Positions 38,590 to 48,316 of a stretch of 60,760 nt of DNA are shown here, piece after piece. The DNA comes from Clostridia bacterium (lineage in GTDB: Bacteria > Bacillota > Clostridia > Christensenellales > CAG-138). Made by a program: the position numbers and the translations under genes. A model generated the notes under the pieces. That model searched no databases and was not told the DNA's origin. It saw only the letters and a list, made by a program, of their open reading frames with translations. Location: contig JAFYHI010000032.1 in assembly GCA_017539215.1 (NCBI GenBank), positions 1-60,760 on the forward strand, written 5' to 3'. Position 1 is the stretch's first letter. Each line of letters opens with the position of its first letter.

Positions 38590-39888
38590 ATGAAAACCAC
38601 ACCCGGCATACAGCGCAAACCTTACCGAAAGAAGCTTCTGCGGCTTATAGAGTCGGAGGACCTCATTTTTGTACTCGGGCCCCGCCGATCGGGCAAAAGC
38701 ACGTTCGCACTTGAGCTTGAGGAGCTTTTGAAGCGCCTTACTATGAGCGACGTTTACGTCAGCCGTATAAACTTTGAGGATACGAACCTGATGCGTGTTT
38801 CGGTGGAGTCCCTGCGCAAGCTGTTTGAGACGCGTTACGCAATGGGGCGCAAAAACATATTCCTTGTGGACGAGATATCGCATCTTATTGGCTGGGAGAC
38901 TGCCTTAAACGAAATACTGAGGCTCCCCAAGGTAAAGGTGATACTGTTCTCCTCCACGCGCGAGGTGCTGTCGGACAGGATAGACCTTGTGCGCGAGGGG
39001 CGTTGCGGCGTGGTGCATATGCTTCCGCTTGCGCTGCCGGAGTTCCTCTTTTTCCACGGCTTCCGTGAGATCGACCAAACGGAGCCCGTTTCAAACGTAA
39101 AGCTTTACCGCGGGCCGGATGACAAGACCTTTACGCTGGGTGAGATATACAGGATGTATATCTCGGTGGGCGGCATGCCGGTCGTCTCGCGGGAGCAGCT
39201 TGCGGCAAGGCACGCATGGGTCGCGGCGGAGGGCACATACTGCTCATCCGTAACGCACGATATAATGGAGTACGGCAGCAAGTCCGACAAGTCCCGCATA
39301 ACCGATCCGCTGCTTTTAAGGACGGTCATAACCGTGCTTGCCAGGAACGTGGGCGAAAACATCTCCGCTACGCGGGTGGGCAAGATAGCCTCCGAATATC
39401 TTGAAAGGCCGTCCTCCACCAAAACGGTTGAAAGCTATATGCAGGCGATACTCAACTCTCATCTGTTCTTCATTTCCGAAAGGTTCGATATCCGCTCCAA
39501 TGCGCAGCTCAAAACCCTTTCAAAATACTATATCGCGGATACCGGAGTGTGCGGCTACGTTATGGGCACGCAAAGGCTCGACGACGGAGCGGCGCTTGAA
39601 AACCTTGTTTATATGGAGCTTTTGCGCCGCGACCTCAGGGTGATGAACGGCAAGCTCGGCTCCGATGAGGTCACGTTTGTAATGGACCCCTTCGGTGAGC
39701 GCGTTTATGTCCAGACCTCCGCCCGCCTTGACGAAAGCAACCGTCAAAAGGTGCTGTCTCCCCTGCGCCGCATAAAGGACAATTATCCCAAGGCCGTCAT
39801 CACAATGAATTCCAAAACAAAAAAGACTCCCGACGGCATACTCATAATGAACGCCCTGGAGTTTTTGATGGGGGCAAAGCTCAGGTAA
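38590..39888 (+). CDS. AAA_14 ATPase with DUF4143 domain
   Basis: GPRRSGKST, LVDEI, GGMP, KYYIADTG, LENLVYMEL; start could be 38530. Confidence 0.85.
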   Translation: MKTTPGIQRKPYRKKLLRLIESEDLIFVLGPRRSGKSTFALELEELLKRLTMSDVYVSRINFEDTNLMRVSVESLRKLFETRYAMGRKNIFLVDEISHLIGWETALNEILRLPKVKVILFSSTREVLSDRIDLVREGRCGVVHMLPLALPEFLFFHGFREIDQTEPVSNVKLYRGPDDKTFTLGEIYRMYISVGGMPVVSREQLAARHAWVAAEGTYCSSVTHDIMEYGSKSDKSRITDPLLLRTVITVLARNVGENISATRVGKIASEYLERPSSTKTVESYMQAILNSHLFFISERFDIRSNAQLKTLSKYYIADTGVCGYVMGTQRLDDGAALENLVYMELLRRDLRVMNGKLGSDEVTFVMDPFGERVYVQTSARLDESNRQKVLSPLRRIKDNYPKAVITMNSKTKKTPDGILIMNALEFLMGAKLR

Positions 39889-40052
39889 ACGGACGCATTA
39901 AGAAAGCTGCCGAAGCGTATCGGCAGCTCAGACCGCTGACATGGGTTTGTCAGCGATCCCCCCCGCCGCGCCCGCGGCGGGTTTTTTTGCACCGCGGGTT
40001 GACGAAAGGGGTGGGCTTCTGCTATTATTGTATATGTGAAAGGAGTGATATT

Positions 40053-40922
40053 TTGCTTCCGTATTTGAAGATATTCGGTGCCCAGATACCCATGTACGGG
40101 CTGTGCATGTCGCTTGGCATGCTGCTTGCGGTGGGGCTGTCGGCGCTCCGCACAAGAAGGCGCGGCGGCGACGTTGAAAAGCTTATGACGGTGGCGCTTC
40201 TGGCCATCGTGTTCGGTATAATCGGGGCAAAGCTTTTGTACTTTGCCGTGACGTTCTCATGGAAACAGCTGGTCGAAAGCATACGCGCAAACGGCATACT
40301 CTACCTTTTGGAGGGGGGCCTCGTGTTTTACGGCGGGCTTATAGGCGGCGTGCTGGGGGCGTTTTTGGGCTCGCTCATAATGCGTGAACCGCTGTATCAT
40401 TATTCCGACCCCGTCGTTCCCGTGCTGCCCCTTGCCCACGCCATAGGGCGCATGGGGTGCTTCTGCGCGGGCTGCTGCTACGGCCGCGTTACCGATTCGT
40501 GGATCGGCATGGTGTTCCCCTCCGCCGTGACGGGGCTTGCCCCGGGCGTTGCGGTCATACCCACTCAGCTGATCGAGGCGGGGATAAACCTGCTCATTTT
40601 CATTGGGCTGATGCTCTTTACCCGCAGGCGCAGGTACCGCTTTACCACGCTGTGGGTGTACCTTGTTTGCTACGGCATCATGCGCTTTCTCATCGAGTTT
40701 CTGCGCGGGGACGAGATACGCGGCATATTCGGCTCGTTCTCCACTTCGCAGTGGATAAGCCTGGGGCTTATCGCGGTCGGAGCGGCGGCGCTTATTATGA
40801 CGCTTGTGCGCTCAAAACGCGACCCCGCGTGGAATGCGGAGCCCGCACCGGACGCCGCAGAGGCGGGGGAGGACGCACCCGTGAGCGGGGACGGCCCGGA
40901 CCCTGCGCAGACGGGCGAATGA
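40053..40922 (+). CDS. lgt: Prolipoprotein diacylglyceryl transferase
   Basis: GAKLLY, GGLVFYGGLIGG, AIGRMGCFCAGCCYG, PTQLIE, RFLIEFLRGD; TTG start after AAGGAG. Confidence 0.9.
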   Translation: MLPYLKIFGAQIPMYGLCMSLGMLLAVGLSALRTRRRGGDVEKLMTVALLAIVFGIIGAKLLYFAVTFSWKQLVESIRANGILYLLEGGLVFYGGLIGGVLGAFLGSLIMREPLYHYSDPVVPVLPLAHAIGRMGCFCAGCCYGRVTDSWIGMVFPSAVTGLAPGVAVIPTQLIEAGINLLIFIGLMLFTRRRRYRFTTLWVYLVCYGIMRFLIEFLRGDEIRGIFGSFSTSQWISLGLIAVGAAALIMTLVRSKRDPAWNAEPAPDAAEAGEDAPVSGDGPDPAQTGE

Positions 40923-41156
40923 CCCCGCACGGCAGGCGCGAAAGCCGTCGAACCCTGCCGAAACAATTACGTTGTTGAATTTTATATTTGCCTGTTTCGG
41001 GGTACAAGATATTGTATTCACAGGTGGTTTGTCCATACAATCCGGGCAAATTTGCGGTTGAATCCGCCGCCGAATTTTGATATTATACCTATGGGAACCG
41101 GAGAGTGCCCTCCGGTTCCGTCTCTATCTCGTTACTGTAAAACGATTGGGGGAACC

Positions 41157-42509
41157 ATGATTTCTGCTCAGGTAATATGGTCGAAGGCGCTTCCCGTTCT
41201 GCAGGAGGAAATGACGCCGACGAGCTATAAAACTTGGATAAAAGATATACAGCCCATCTCGCTGGAGGGCAATACATTGATACTCATGGCGCAGAACGAA
41301 ACGTACGTCAACACGCTGCGCCAGTTCTATGCCGGCATAGTCACCGAGTGCGTCAACAAGGCGAACGGCTCTAACTACAACGTCAGCTTCATAATGAAGC
41401 AGGAGAATGAGCCCGTTGTTTCCGTGCCCACTCAGGGCTCGGGCGAGCAGGGGGTGTTTTTCGGCGTACAGTCAAAATACACCTTCGACACCTTTGTAAC
41501 GGGCGAGTCCAACCGCTTTGCGCACGCCGCGGCGGTTGCCGTTGCCGACAATCCCGCGTCGGCCTACAACCCGCTTTACATCTACGGCGGGTCTGGCCTC
41601 GGCAAAACGCATATCCTTCACGCCATCGGCAATTACGTGCATGAGATGCACCCCGAGTTCAATATCTGCTTCGTATCCAGCGAGGATTTCACAAACGACG
41701 TCATCTCCGCCATAAAGTATGACACGCGCGAGGAGCTGCGCAACAAGTACCGCAAGCTCGACCTGCTGCTCGTGGACGACATACAGTTCATCGGCGGCAA
41801 GGAGGCGACGGAGATGGAGTTTTTCAACACCTTCAACGCCCTGCACGGCGCCAACAAGCAGATAGTCATCACCTCCGACCAGAGCCCAAAGGACCTGCCC
41901 TTTTTGCAGGAGCGCCTGAGGACCCGCTTTTCGTGGGGCATCACGGCGGACATAAAGCCCCCCGTGGTCGAAACGAGGGTCGCAATACTCACCGGCAAGG
42001 CCGAGCGCGACCACGTCGACATAACCGGCGATGCCCTTTTGTACATGGCGGAAAAGTTCAGCTCCAACGTGCGCGAGCTTGAGAGCTGCTATAACCGCGT
42101 CGTGCTGTATGCCGATTTTTCAAAGCGAACCACGATAGACCGCAGCTTCGTCGAGGTCGTGCTGCGCGACTACGTCTCCTCCGAGGGCAAGCATATGGTC
42201 ACCCCCGAGCTTATAAAGCAGGTCACGGCCGACTACTTCAACGTGACCGTGGAGGAGCTTGTTTCCACCCGCCGCGACAAGCGCATAGCGGTGCCGCGCC
42301 ACGTCGCCATGTACCTGTGCCGCACGCTTACGAACATCTCCTACCCCGACATAGGCAAGGCGTTCGGCGGCAAGCATTATTCCACCGTCATGTACTCCTG
42401 TGACCAGATCGCAAGCGAGATAGGCAACCGCACGGATATCACCACCGCGATAGACGATATCACGAACCGCCTGACAAACGACCTGACGCCCTTCCCTTCA
42501 AGGAACTGA
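41157..42509 (+). CDS. dnaA: DnaA-family replication initiator (outside oriC context; possibly a paralog)
   Basis: YTFDTFVTGESNRFA, YNPLYIYGGSGLGKTH, LLVDDIQF, RLRTRF, SNVRELE, domain IV PRHVAMYL..IGKAFGG. Confidence 0.92.
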   Translation: MISAQVIWSKALPVLQEEMTPTSYKTWIKDIQPISLEGNTLILMAQNETYVNTLRQFYAGIVTECVNKANGSNYNVSFIMKQENEPVVSVPTQGSGEQGVFFGVQSKYTFDTFVTGESNRFAHAAAVAVADNPASAYNPLYIYGGSGLGKTHILHAIGNYVHEMHPEFNICFVSSEDFTNDVISAIKYDTREELRNKYRKLDLLLVDDIQFIGGKEATEMEFFNTFNALHGANKQIVITSDQSPKDLPFLQERLRTRFSWGITADIKPPVVETRVAILTGKAERDHVDITGDALLYMAEKFSSNVRELESCYNRVVLYADFSKRTTIDRSFVEVVLRDYVSSEGKHMVTPELIKQVTADYFNVTVEELVSTRRDKRIAVPRHVAMYLCRTLTNISYPDIGKAFGGKHYSTVMYSCDQIASEIGNRTDITTAIDDITNRLTNDLTPFPSRN

Positions 42510-42579
42510 ATATGCTTTTACCGCCCCGGGAAAGCCGGGGCTTTTGTAACCCCGCTCAAAAATATATTATAAAAACCGC

Positions 42580-42617
42580 TTGACGCGGGCAAATGTATTT
42601 GATACAATCTAATTGCA
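42580..42617 (+). promoter_or_regulatory. Promoter with OhrR-type operator
   Basis: TTGACG-17-TACAAT; TACAATC-T-AATTGCA (42603-42617) resembles the OhrR box TACAATT-N-AATTGTA. Confidence 0.7.
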
Positions 42618-42643
42618 TAAAATATAACGAAGGAGGGGCGGAT

Positions 42644-43072
42644 ATGGACCGCAAAAACATCGAGGCGATGAAGCTTGAAAACCAGCTTTGCTTTCCGCTG
42701 TACGCGGCGGCGCGCAGGGTGACGGCGCTGTACACGCCGCACTTAAAGCCGCTGGGGCTTACCTACACGCAGTACATAGTGATGCTTGTGCTGTGGGAGC
42801 GCGACGGGCTTACGGTGGGCGAGATCTGCGAAAAGCTGATGCTTGACAGCGGCACGCTTTCGCCCCTTCTCAAAAAGCTGGAGGGCGAGGGCTTGCTCGA
42901 GCGGCGCAGGTCGCAGTACGACGACCGCGTCGTGGTCATAAATCTGACCGAAAAGGGCAAGGCTTTGCAGGAGAAGGCGGCTCATGTGCCGCTTGAGGTG
43001 GGTGCGTGCATTCCGCTTGCGCCCGAAAAGGCGGCGGAGCTTTACGCTCTGCTGTATGAACTGTTAAAATAA
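42644..43072 (+). CDS. ohrR: OhrR-like MarR family regulator
   Basis: LENQLCFPLYAA (sensor Cys), LTYTQY, LDSGTLSPLLKKLE, DDRVV. Confidence 0.85.
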   Translation: MDRKNIEAMKLENQLCFPLYAAARRVTALYTPHLKPLGLTYTQYIVMLVLWERDGLTVGEICEKLMLDSGTLSPLLKKLEGEGLLERRRSQYDDRVVVINLTEKGKALQEKAAHVPLEVGACIPLAPEKAAELYALLYELLK

Positions 43073-43094
43073 TATCGAAAAGGAGAAAAGGAAC

Positions 43095-43640
43095 ATGAGC
43101 ACGGTTTACGATTTCACAGTCAAGGACATGAAGGGGAACGACGTATCCCTTTCCGAGTACGCGGGCAAGGTGCTGCTTATAGTCAACACAGCCACGGGCT
43201 GCGGCTTTACCCCGCATTACGAGCCTCTTGAGGCCATGTATAAGGACCTGCGCGACAGGGGCTTTGAGATACTCGACTTCCCCTGCAACCAGTTTGCAAA
43301 CCAGGCCCCCGGCAGCGAGGACGAGATCCACGAGTTCTGCACCTTAAAGTTCGGCACGGACTTCCCTCAGTTCAAAAAGGTGGACGTCAACGGCGAAAAC
43401 GCCGATCCGCTCTTTGCCTATCTTGCCGCGGAGAAGCCCTTTGAAGGCTTTGGCAAGGGCCTGAAGAACGCCGCCCTCAACAAGTTCGCCAATATGAACA
43501 ACAAGGCGTTCGGCGACAAGGCGTATATCAAGTGGAACTTCACCAAGTTCCTTGTGGACCGCGAGGGCAGGGTGGCCGCCCGCTTCGAGCCGACCGAGGA
43601 TATGAAGAACGTGCGCAGGGCAGTTGAAGAAATGCTCTGA
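43095..43640 (+). CDS. Glutathione peroxidase family protein (Cys type)
   Basis: VNTATGCGFTP, FPCNQF, IKWNFTKFLVDR. Confidence 0.93.
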   Translation: MSTVYDFTVKDMKGNDVSLSEYAGKVLLIVNTATGCGFTPHYEPLEAMYKDLRDRGFEILDFPCNQFANQAPGSEDEIHEFCTLKFGTDFPQFKKVDVNGENADPLFAYLAAEKPFEGFGKGLKNAALNKFANMNNKAFGDKAYIKWNFTKFLVDREGRVAARFEPTEDMKNVRRAVEEML

Positions 43641-43694
43641 GATAAAAGAGAGGGCTCCGCACCGTACGGTGCGGAGCCCGCGTTTTTTATTGCC

Positions 43695-44873
43695 TCAATC
43701 GGCGTAATTCACGAAATAATCCTGCACAAGCACGATGGGCGTGCCCTTGTCGCCGGAGCCGCTCGTCAGGTCGCAGAGCGAGCCTATAAGGTCGGTCAGC
43801 ATCCTGGGGGTGGTGCCCTGCGAAAGCATGGAGCCCTTAAGGTCAGCGTCCTTTTTTCGTATGCGTTCGCGTATGCTCTCCGCCAGCGCCTCGCCCGAAA
43901 GGTCGGCATAATCGTTGTCGGCAAGGAATTTCAGCTTCAGCTCGTTGGGCAGCCCCAAAAGCCCCTCTGTGTATCCGGGGGAGACCACGGGGTCCGCCAG
44001 CTCCCATATTTTGCCGACGGGGTCCTTAAACGCGCCGTCGCCGTAGACCATGGCCTCAACGTGTACGCCCGTGCGCCTCAATACCTCGTCCCGTATCCCT
44101 TCGGCGACCTCCTGCGCGTTTTTGGGGAAGAGCTTGACAGTATCCTCGGTGGCCTTGTTCGAGCCCAAAAGCCCGTACTGCGGGTTGCAGCCGGAGCCGT
44201 TCACCGGGGAGTTCAGAATATCGCAAAGGGTCAGCGCCCTGCCGCCCGCGCGTTCGATCCTCGCCTTGGTGCGGGCGCGCGTGTGTATGTCGCAGCAGAT
44301 GACGTTTGAAGTGTGATCGAGTATGCGCTCCGGGCGGTTCGAAAAGATTATCTCCGCTTCGGCGCCCTCGCCCTCTATAATGCCGCGGTACAGCTCTATA
44401 TAGTCGACGCCCGTGAACGGGTGGCGGCACTCGCCCCCGCAGAGCGCGTAAAACTCATCGCTCGTAAGCGTATCGGCCCAGGGGTTTACGCCCGTACCCT
44501 CCAAAAGGTCGGGGTCGACCAGATGGTTGCCCACCTCGTCGGAGGGGTAGGACAGCATCACCGTGACCTTTTTTGCCCCGCGCGCAAGGCCGCGCAGACA
44601 GATGGAGAAGCGGTTTCTTGAAAGAATGGGGAACACAAGCCCTATATGCCCGCCGCCGAGCTTGGCTTTTACGTCCGCCGCAATGTCGTCAACGCCTGCG
44701 TAGTTGCCGTCGGCCCGCGCGACAACGGCCTCCGTCACGGCGATAACGTCACGCTCGTGCAGCGAAAACCCTTCGCGTTCAGCCTGAGAAAGCACGGAAT
44801 CCACCGCGATCTTAACTATATCGTCGCCCCGGCGTATAATGGGCGCACGCACGCCTCTTGAAATCGTAGCCAT
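43695..44873 (-). CDS. Coenzyme F420-0:L-glutamate ligase-like protein
   Basis: RAPIIRRGDD, VTEAVVAR, YGDGAFKDP..IWELADP, SGSGDKGTP. Confidence 0.75.
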   Translation of the reverse strand: MATISRGVRAPIIRRGDDIVKIAVDSVLSQAEREGFSLHERDVIAVTEAVVARADGNYAGVDDIAADVKAKLGGGHIGLVFPILSRNRFSICLRGLARGAKKVTVMLSYPSDEVGNHLVDPDLLEGTGVNPWADTLTSDEFYALCGGECRHPFTGVDYIELYRGIIEGEGAEAEIIFSNRPERILDHTSNVICCDIHTRARTKARIERAGGRALTLCDILNSPVNGSGCNPQYGLLGSNKATEDTVKLFPKNAQEVAEGIRDEVLRRTGVHVEAMVYGDGAFKDPVGKIWELADPVVSPGYTEGLLGLPNELKLKFLADNDYADLSGEALAESIRERIRKKDADLKGSMLSQGTTPRMLTDLIGSLCDLTSGSGDKGTPIVLVQDYFVNYAD

Positions 44874-44976
44874 AGTATACTCCCGAAATAATAATAGGGG
44901 CGCCCGGAGGAGCGTCCCTTTATAAATGATACCATATCTCAGGCACGTTGTAAACAGTTTTTTAAAGGGAGCGGCG

Positions 44977-47900
44977 TCAATCCTTTTTTCTGCCGAAGAA
45001 CGCGTCCGCACTCTTCCTGAACACCTTGCGGTACCCCCCGCGGGAGAGTTTTTCGTCAAAGCGGCACACGTCGCCGTACGGGCAGAACCTGCAGGCGGAG
45101 TCGCGCTTTTTGTACGCTGAGCGATAGGGATGCACTTCGGCGTCGCCCTCATATATGCGTTCAAGCGTGTGCGACGCGCGGTCCATAGCCGCCCGCACCA
45201 CAAGCCCGTATTCGTCGCCCGTTACAAGGCCCGCGCCCGTAAGCTCGCCGTCTTTACCGTATTTGGCGGCTATCACGGTGGAGCTCTTGTCGAATTCCTC
45301 GGTGGCGGCGACCACCTCCTCGTCCTTCAGCGAAAGCCCCGAAAGCCTGAACTTTTTCATAAGCTCCTCGGTCAGCTCCTTAACGGCGTTGCCCGCCTCG
45401 TCGGTGGTCACGGCAACGTCCGAAATGGGCATATAGTACATGCCCACGGTGGAAGCGGCGTCCACGGCGGCGGCATACAGCGGAAGCTGAAGCTGTATCC
45501 CGGCCTCGAGCTCGCCGAAGTCAAAGTCCTTGCCGCCGGTTTTATAGTCGATTATGCGGCGCCGTTCGACCCCCTCGACGCCCTCAAATGAGTCTATGCG
45601 GTCGATTATGCCGCTCACGTTTATCACCATGCCGCTCGGCGTGCGTATCTGCAGCGGGGGAAAGAGCGAATTCTCGCGCCCAAACTCCACCTCGCACCCT
45701 GCGGGGCGGAATTTGCCCCGCGCGATATGCCGCGTCACGGCGCAGCAGGTGTATTTTACCGATTCCACCAGCCCGACAAGAGCGGCGCGCTGCCTTGCGG
45801 TGTCGCTTAAAAGCGGGCTGTCGCTGCGGCTCATAATGGGAGGGACTATCTCGCGCAGTATGTCGAAAACGTCATCGTCGCAGAGCGTTTTCCAGTCAAG
45901 GCCGTTTTCCGAAACGTAACGGACGTATTTTTCGATCGCTTCATGGAAGAACGTGCCGCGGTCCGTCACCCTTTGGCTGTGCTCCCTGCGCTCCTTCGCG
46001 TCCAGACCGTAGCGCATGAAGTGCATGAACGGGCAGCGGTTGAACGTTTCGAGCCGCGAGGCCGACCCGTATATGGAGCTGCCGTACAGCTTTACCGCGA
46101 GCTCGTGCCCGAAAGCGCCCGTTTCCGCCGAGTATTCAAGCTCCGCGCACATGGAGCGAAGCCTTGCCCGGTACTCCGGCGAACGGGAGAAATGCGCGTA
46201 AAGCGGGGCAAGCTCCGGGTCCTCCTCGCCGGTGTCCACAAGGCGGCGCAGGCGCCGCGCAAGCGCCGCAAACGCAAGCTTTTCGCTGCTTCTGGGGCCC
46301 ACGGTAAGGTCGTTTGATTCCAGCTTCGGGAATATGCGCCGCAGCGTGCCCACGAGCCTGCAGGGAGCGGCGGAGGAATCTTCGCCCGAGGTCGGAATGC
46401 TTACCGGGTACGAAAAAGATATGCTCTCCGTCGCCATCGAGAGCGCGGAATACACGGTGTGCATATCGCCCTCCGAAAGCGAACGCGAACTGCGCCAAAG
46501 CGTATGCCCTCCGGCCTCCAGCGCGGCAAGGTCCGAATCGTCTATCACGCCGTCATCCGTGCGTTTTTTGGGGAACAGCCCGTCGTTCATGCCAAGCACG
46601 AACAGCTTTTTCACCTCGCGCGAACGGGTCCTGTCCATGCTGCCCACAAGCACCTGGTCGGCGGTGGTGGGAATAACGCCCACCTCGTATGCGGCAAACC
46701 CCTCGCGCAGTACCGATATGAACCGCGAAAGCTTCAGCTTTTCGTCGCCCATTATGACGAACACCTGGTCGAGCACCTCAAGTATGGTGTTGACGACCTG
46801 CGCGTTCTCCTCCTCTTCGCGCAGCAGGTCCTGCTCATGCAGGCTCGCGCACAGCTCCCTCTGCTTTTCGTAAACGCCTAGGCGCTCCATAAAGGCGTGT
46901 ATCGCGCGGGCGCGTTCCTCGCACGTCCGGCGGGACACGCTCTCGGCAAGCTCCTCAAGCGGCTCCATGACCCTTTTTCGCACGTCCTCAAGCGCCGCAT
47001 CCTCGCCCGTCAGCTCCTCGCGCAGGCGGCTGCCGTAAAACCCGCGCATCAGCAGCAGGTTTTCAAACCGCTCCGCCTCGTCGGGGGTCACGGGAGCCAT
47101 GCCCCCCTTTACGAATTCCAAAACATGCTCCGGAGCAAAGCCGCTGTCGCAGGCGCGCAGAGCGGCTATCAGCTGCATCGCCGCCGGGTGCCCCGCAAGG
47201 CTCCGCTTCACGTCGGTAAAATACGGTATCCCGTATGCCGAAAACACCCTCTGCACCGCCCCTGCGTAACCCTGCGGGTCGCTTAAAAGCACCGCCATAT
47301 CGCGGAAGCGCACACCCGCCTTGGCGGCGGAAACTATCCTCTCGGCGGCCTCGGTCACCTCGTCCGTGCGGTCGGCCGCCGCCGTCAGGCTCAGCCCCGC
47401 AGGTTCCCCTTCGTAAACGGATGCGGGGTATGCAAACAGCTCTTTTTCAAGATGCCGCAGCGCGGGCCCGCCCGACCTCTGCCTTTTTTCAAGCGCAAGC
47501 GTTTTATACGGCGCGCCCTCCTCCTCGGCTATCGCGCAAAGACGGCGGTACGCCGCGGCTTCCGGTGCGAATATCGCCCTGTCGCGCACGCCGGGGTCGG
47601 GGTCCATCCTCAGCGCGGCGGTCACTTCGGAGGCGTGGCCCAAAAGCGCCCTGAAAACGGGGTATGCCTGTTCGTGCATGGTGTCGCCCCCGTCTATAAA
47701 AACGCGCGCCCCTTCAAGAATGCTCTCGCCCATGCGGGCGATAAGCCCGTTCATCATATCTTCGGAGTCTATGTAACGGTCCGACATGCGCTGCTCGCAG
47801 TCGGCAAACACGGTCGAAACGTCCGCAAGCTTGTCGCGCAGGGGGGTATGCTCCGGCAGGCTCGCCGCAAGCTCCGCAACGTCCGCCGCGCACATGCCGC

Positions 47901-48297
47901 AGCGCTTGAAGCGCGAAATAAGCCCGTCCATCTCCGCGGGGAACCCGCGCGACGCGGCCGAGTTTTTGAACACGGTAAGCGAATCCGCACAGGCGTCCGC
48001 CGACCGCCGCACCAGCATCACGCGCCCCTGCGGCGAAAGGAACGCCCGCTTCACGCCCATCCCGTCGAGCGCCTTGCGCGCAAGCCGGCTCCAGCTTGTA
48101 ACGGTCACGCCGAAAAGCCCGCCGCCAAGCCTTTCCGACAGCGCCTTTTCCGCCTCGAACGAGGCCTGTTCCGGCACGATAAGGAAATTGCGCGCGTCGC
48201 CGGGGTGCGCGGTCACGGCCTCGCGTATGCGGGCGTAGAGCGCCTCGGTCTTGCCCGTGCCGGCGCGTCCTATGATAAACGTAAGGGCTGCTTTCAT
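44977..48297 (-). CDS. addB: ATP-dependent helicase/nuclease subunit B
   Basis: GRAGTGKT, IVPEQ, SASRLETFNRCPF, GIIDRID, IIDYKTG, LQLPLY, C-terminal CRFCPYGDVC. Confidence 0.9.
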   Translation of the reverse strand: MKAALTFIIGRAGTGKTEALYARIREAVTAHPGDARNFLIVPEQASFEAEKALSERLGGGLFGVTVTSWSRLARKALDGMGVKRAFLSPQGRVMLVRRSADACADSLTVFKNSAASRGFPAEMDGLISRFKRCGMCAADVAELAASLPEHTPLRDKLADVSTVFADCEQRMSDRYIDSEDMMNGLIARMGESILEGARVFIDGGDTMHEQAYPVFRALLGHASEVTAALRMDPDPGVRDRAIFAPEAAAYRRLCAIAEEEGAPYKTLALEKRQRSGGPALRHLEKELFAYPASVYEGEPAGLSLTAAADRTDEVTEAAERIVSAAKAGVRFRDMAVLLSDPQGYAGAVQRVFSAYGIPYFTDVKRSLAGHPAAMQLIAALRACDSGFAPEHVLEFVKGGMAPVTPDEAERFENLLLMRGFYGSRLREELTGEDAALEDVRKRVMEPLEELAESVSRRTCEERARAIHAFMERLGVYEKQRELCASLHEQDLLREEEENAQVVNTILEVLDQVFVIMGDEKLKLSRFISVLREGFAAYEVGVIPTTADQVLVGSMDRTRSREVKKLFVLGMNDGLFPKKRTDDGVIDDSDLAALEAGGHTLWRSSRSLSEGDMHTVYSALSMATESISFSYPVSIPTSGEDSSAAPCRLVGTLRRIFPKLESNDLTVGPRSSEKLAFAALARRLRRLVDTGEEDPELAPLYAHFSRSPEYRARLRSMCAELEYSAETGAFGHELAVKLYGSSIYGSASRLETFNRCPFMHFMRYGLDAKERREHSQRVTDRGTFFHEAIEKYVRYVSENGLDWKTLCDDDVFDILREIVPPIMSRSDSPLLSDTARQRAALVGLVESVKYTCCAVTRHIARGKFRPAGCEVEFGRENSLFPPLQIRTPSGMVINVSGIIDRIDSFEGVEGVERRRIIDYKTGGKDFDFGELEAGIQLQLPLYAAAVDAASTVGMYYMPISDVAVTTDEAGNAVKELTEELMKKFRLSGLSLKDEEVVAATEEFDKSSTVIAAKYGKDGELTGAGLVTGDEYGLVVRAAMDRASHTLERIYEGDAEVHPYRSAYKKRDSACRFCPYGDVCRFDEKLSRGGYRKVFRKSADAFFGRKKD

Positions 48298-48316
48298 ATC
48301 CGTTCGCCTTTCGTTT

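Noticed and set aside
40923-42643. oriC around dnaA
   Set aside because: No perfect DnaA boxes, no extended AT-rich unwinding element, short intergenic regions and no dnaN
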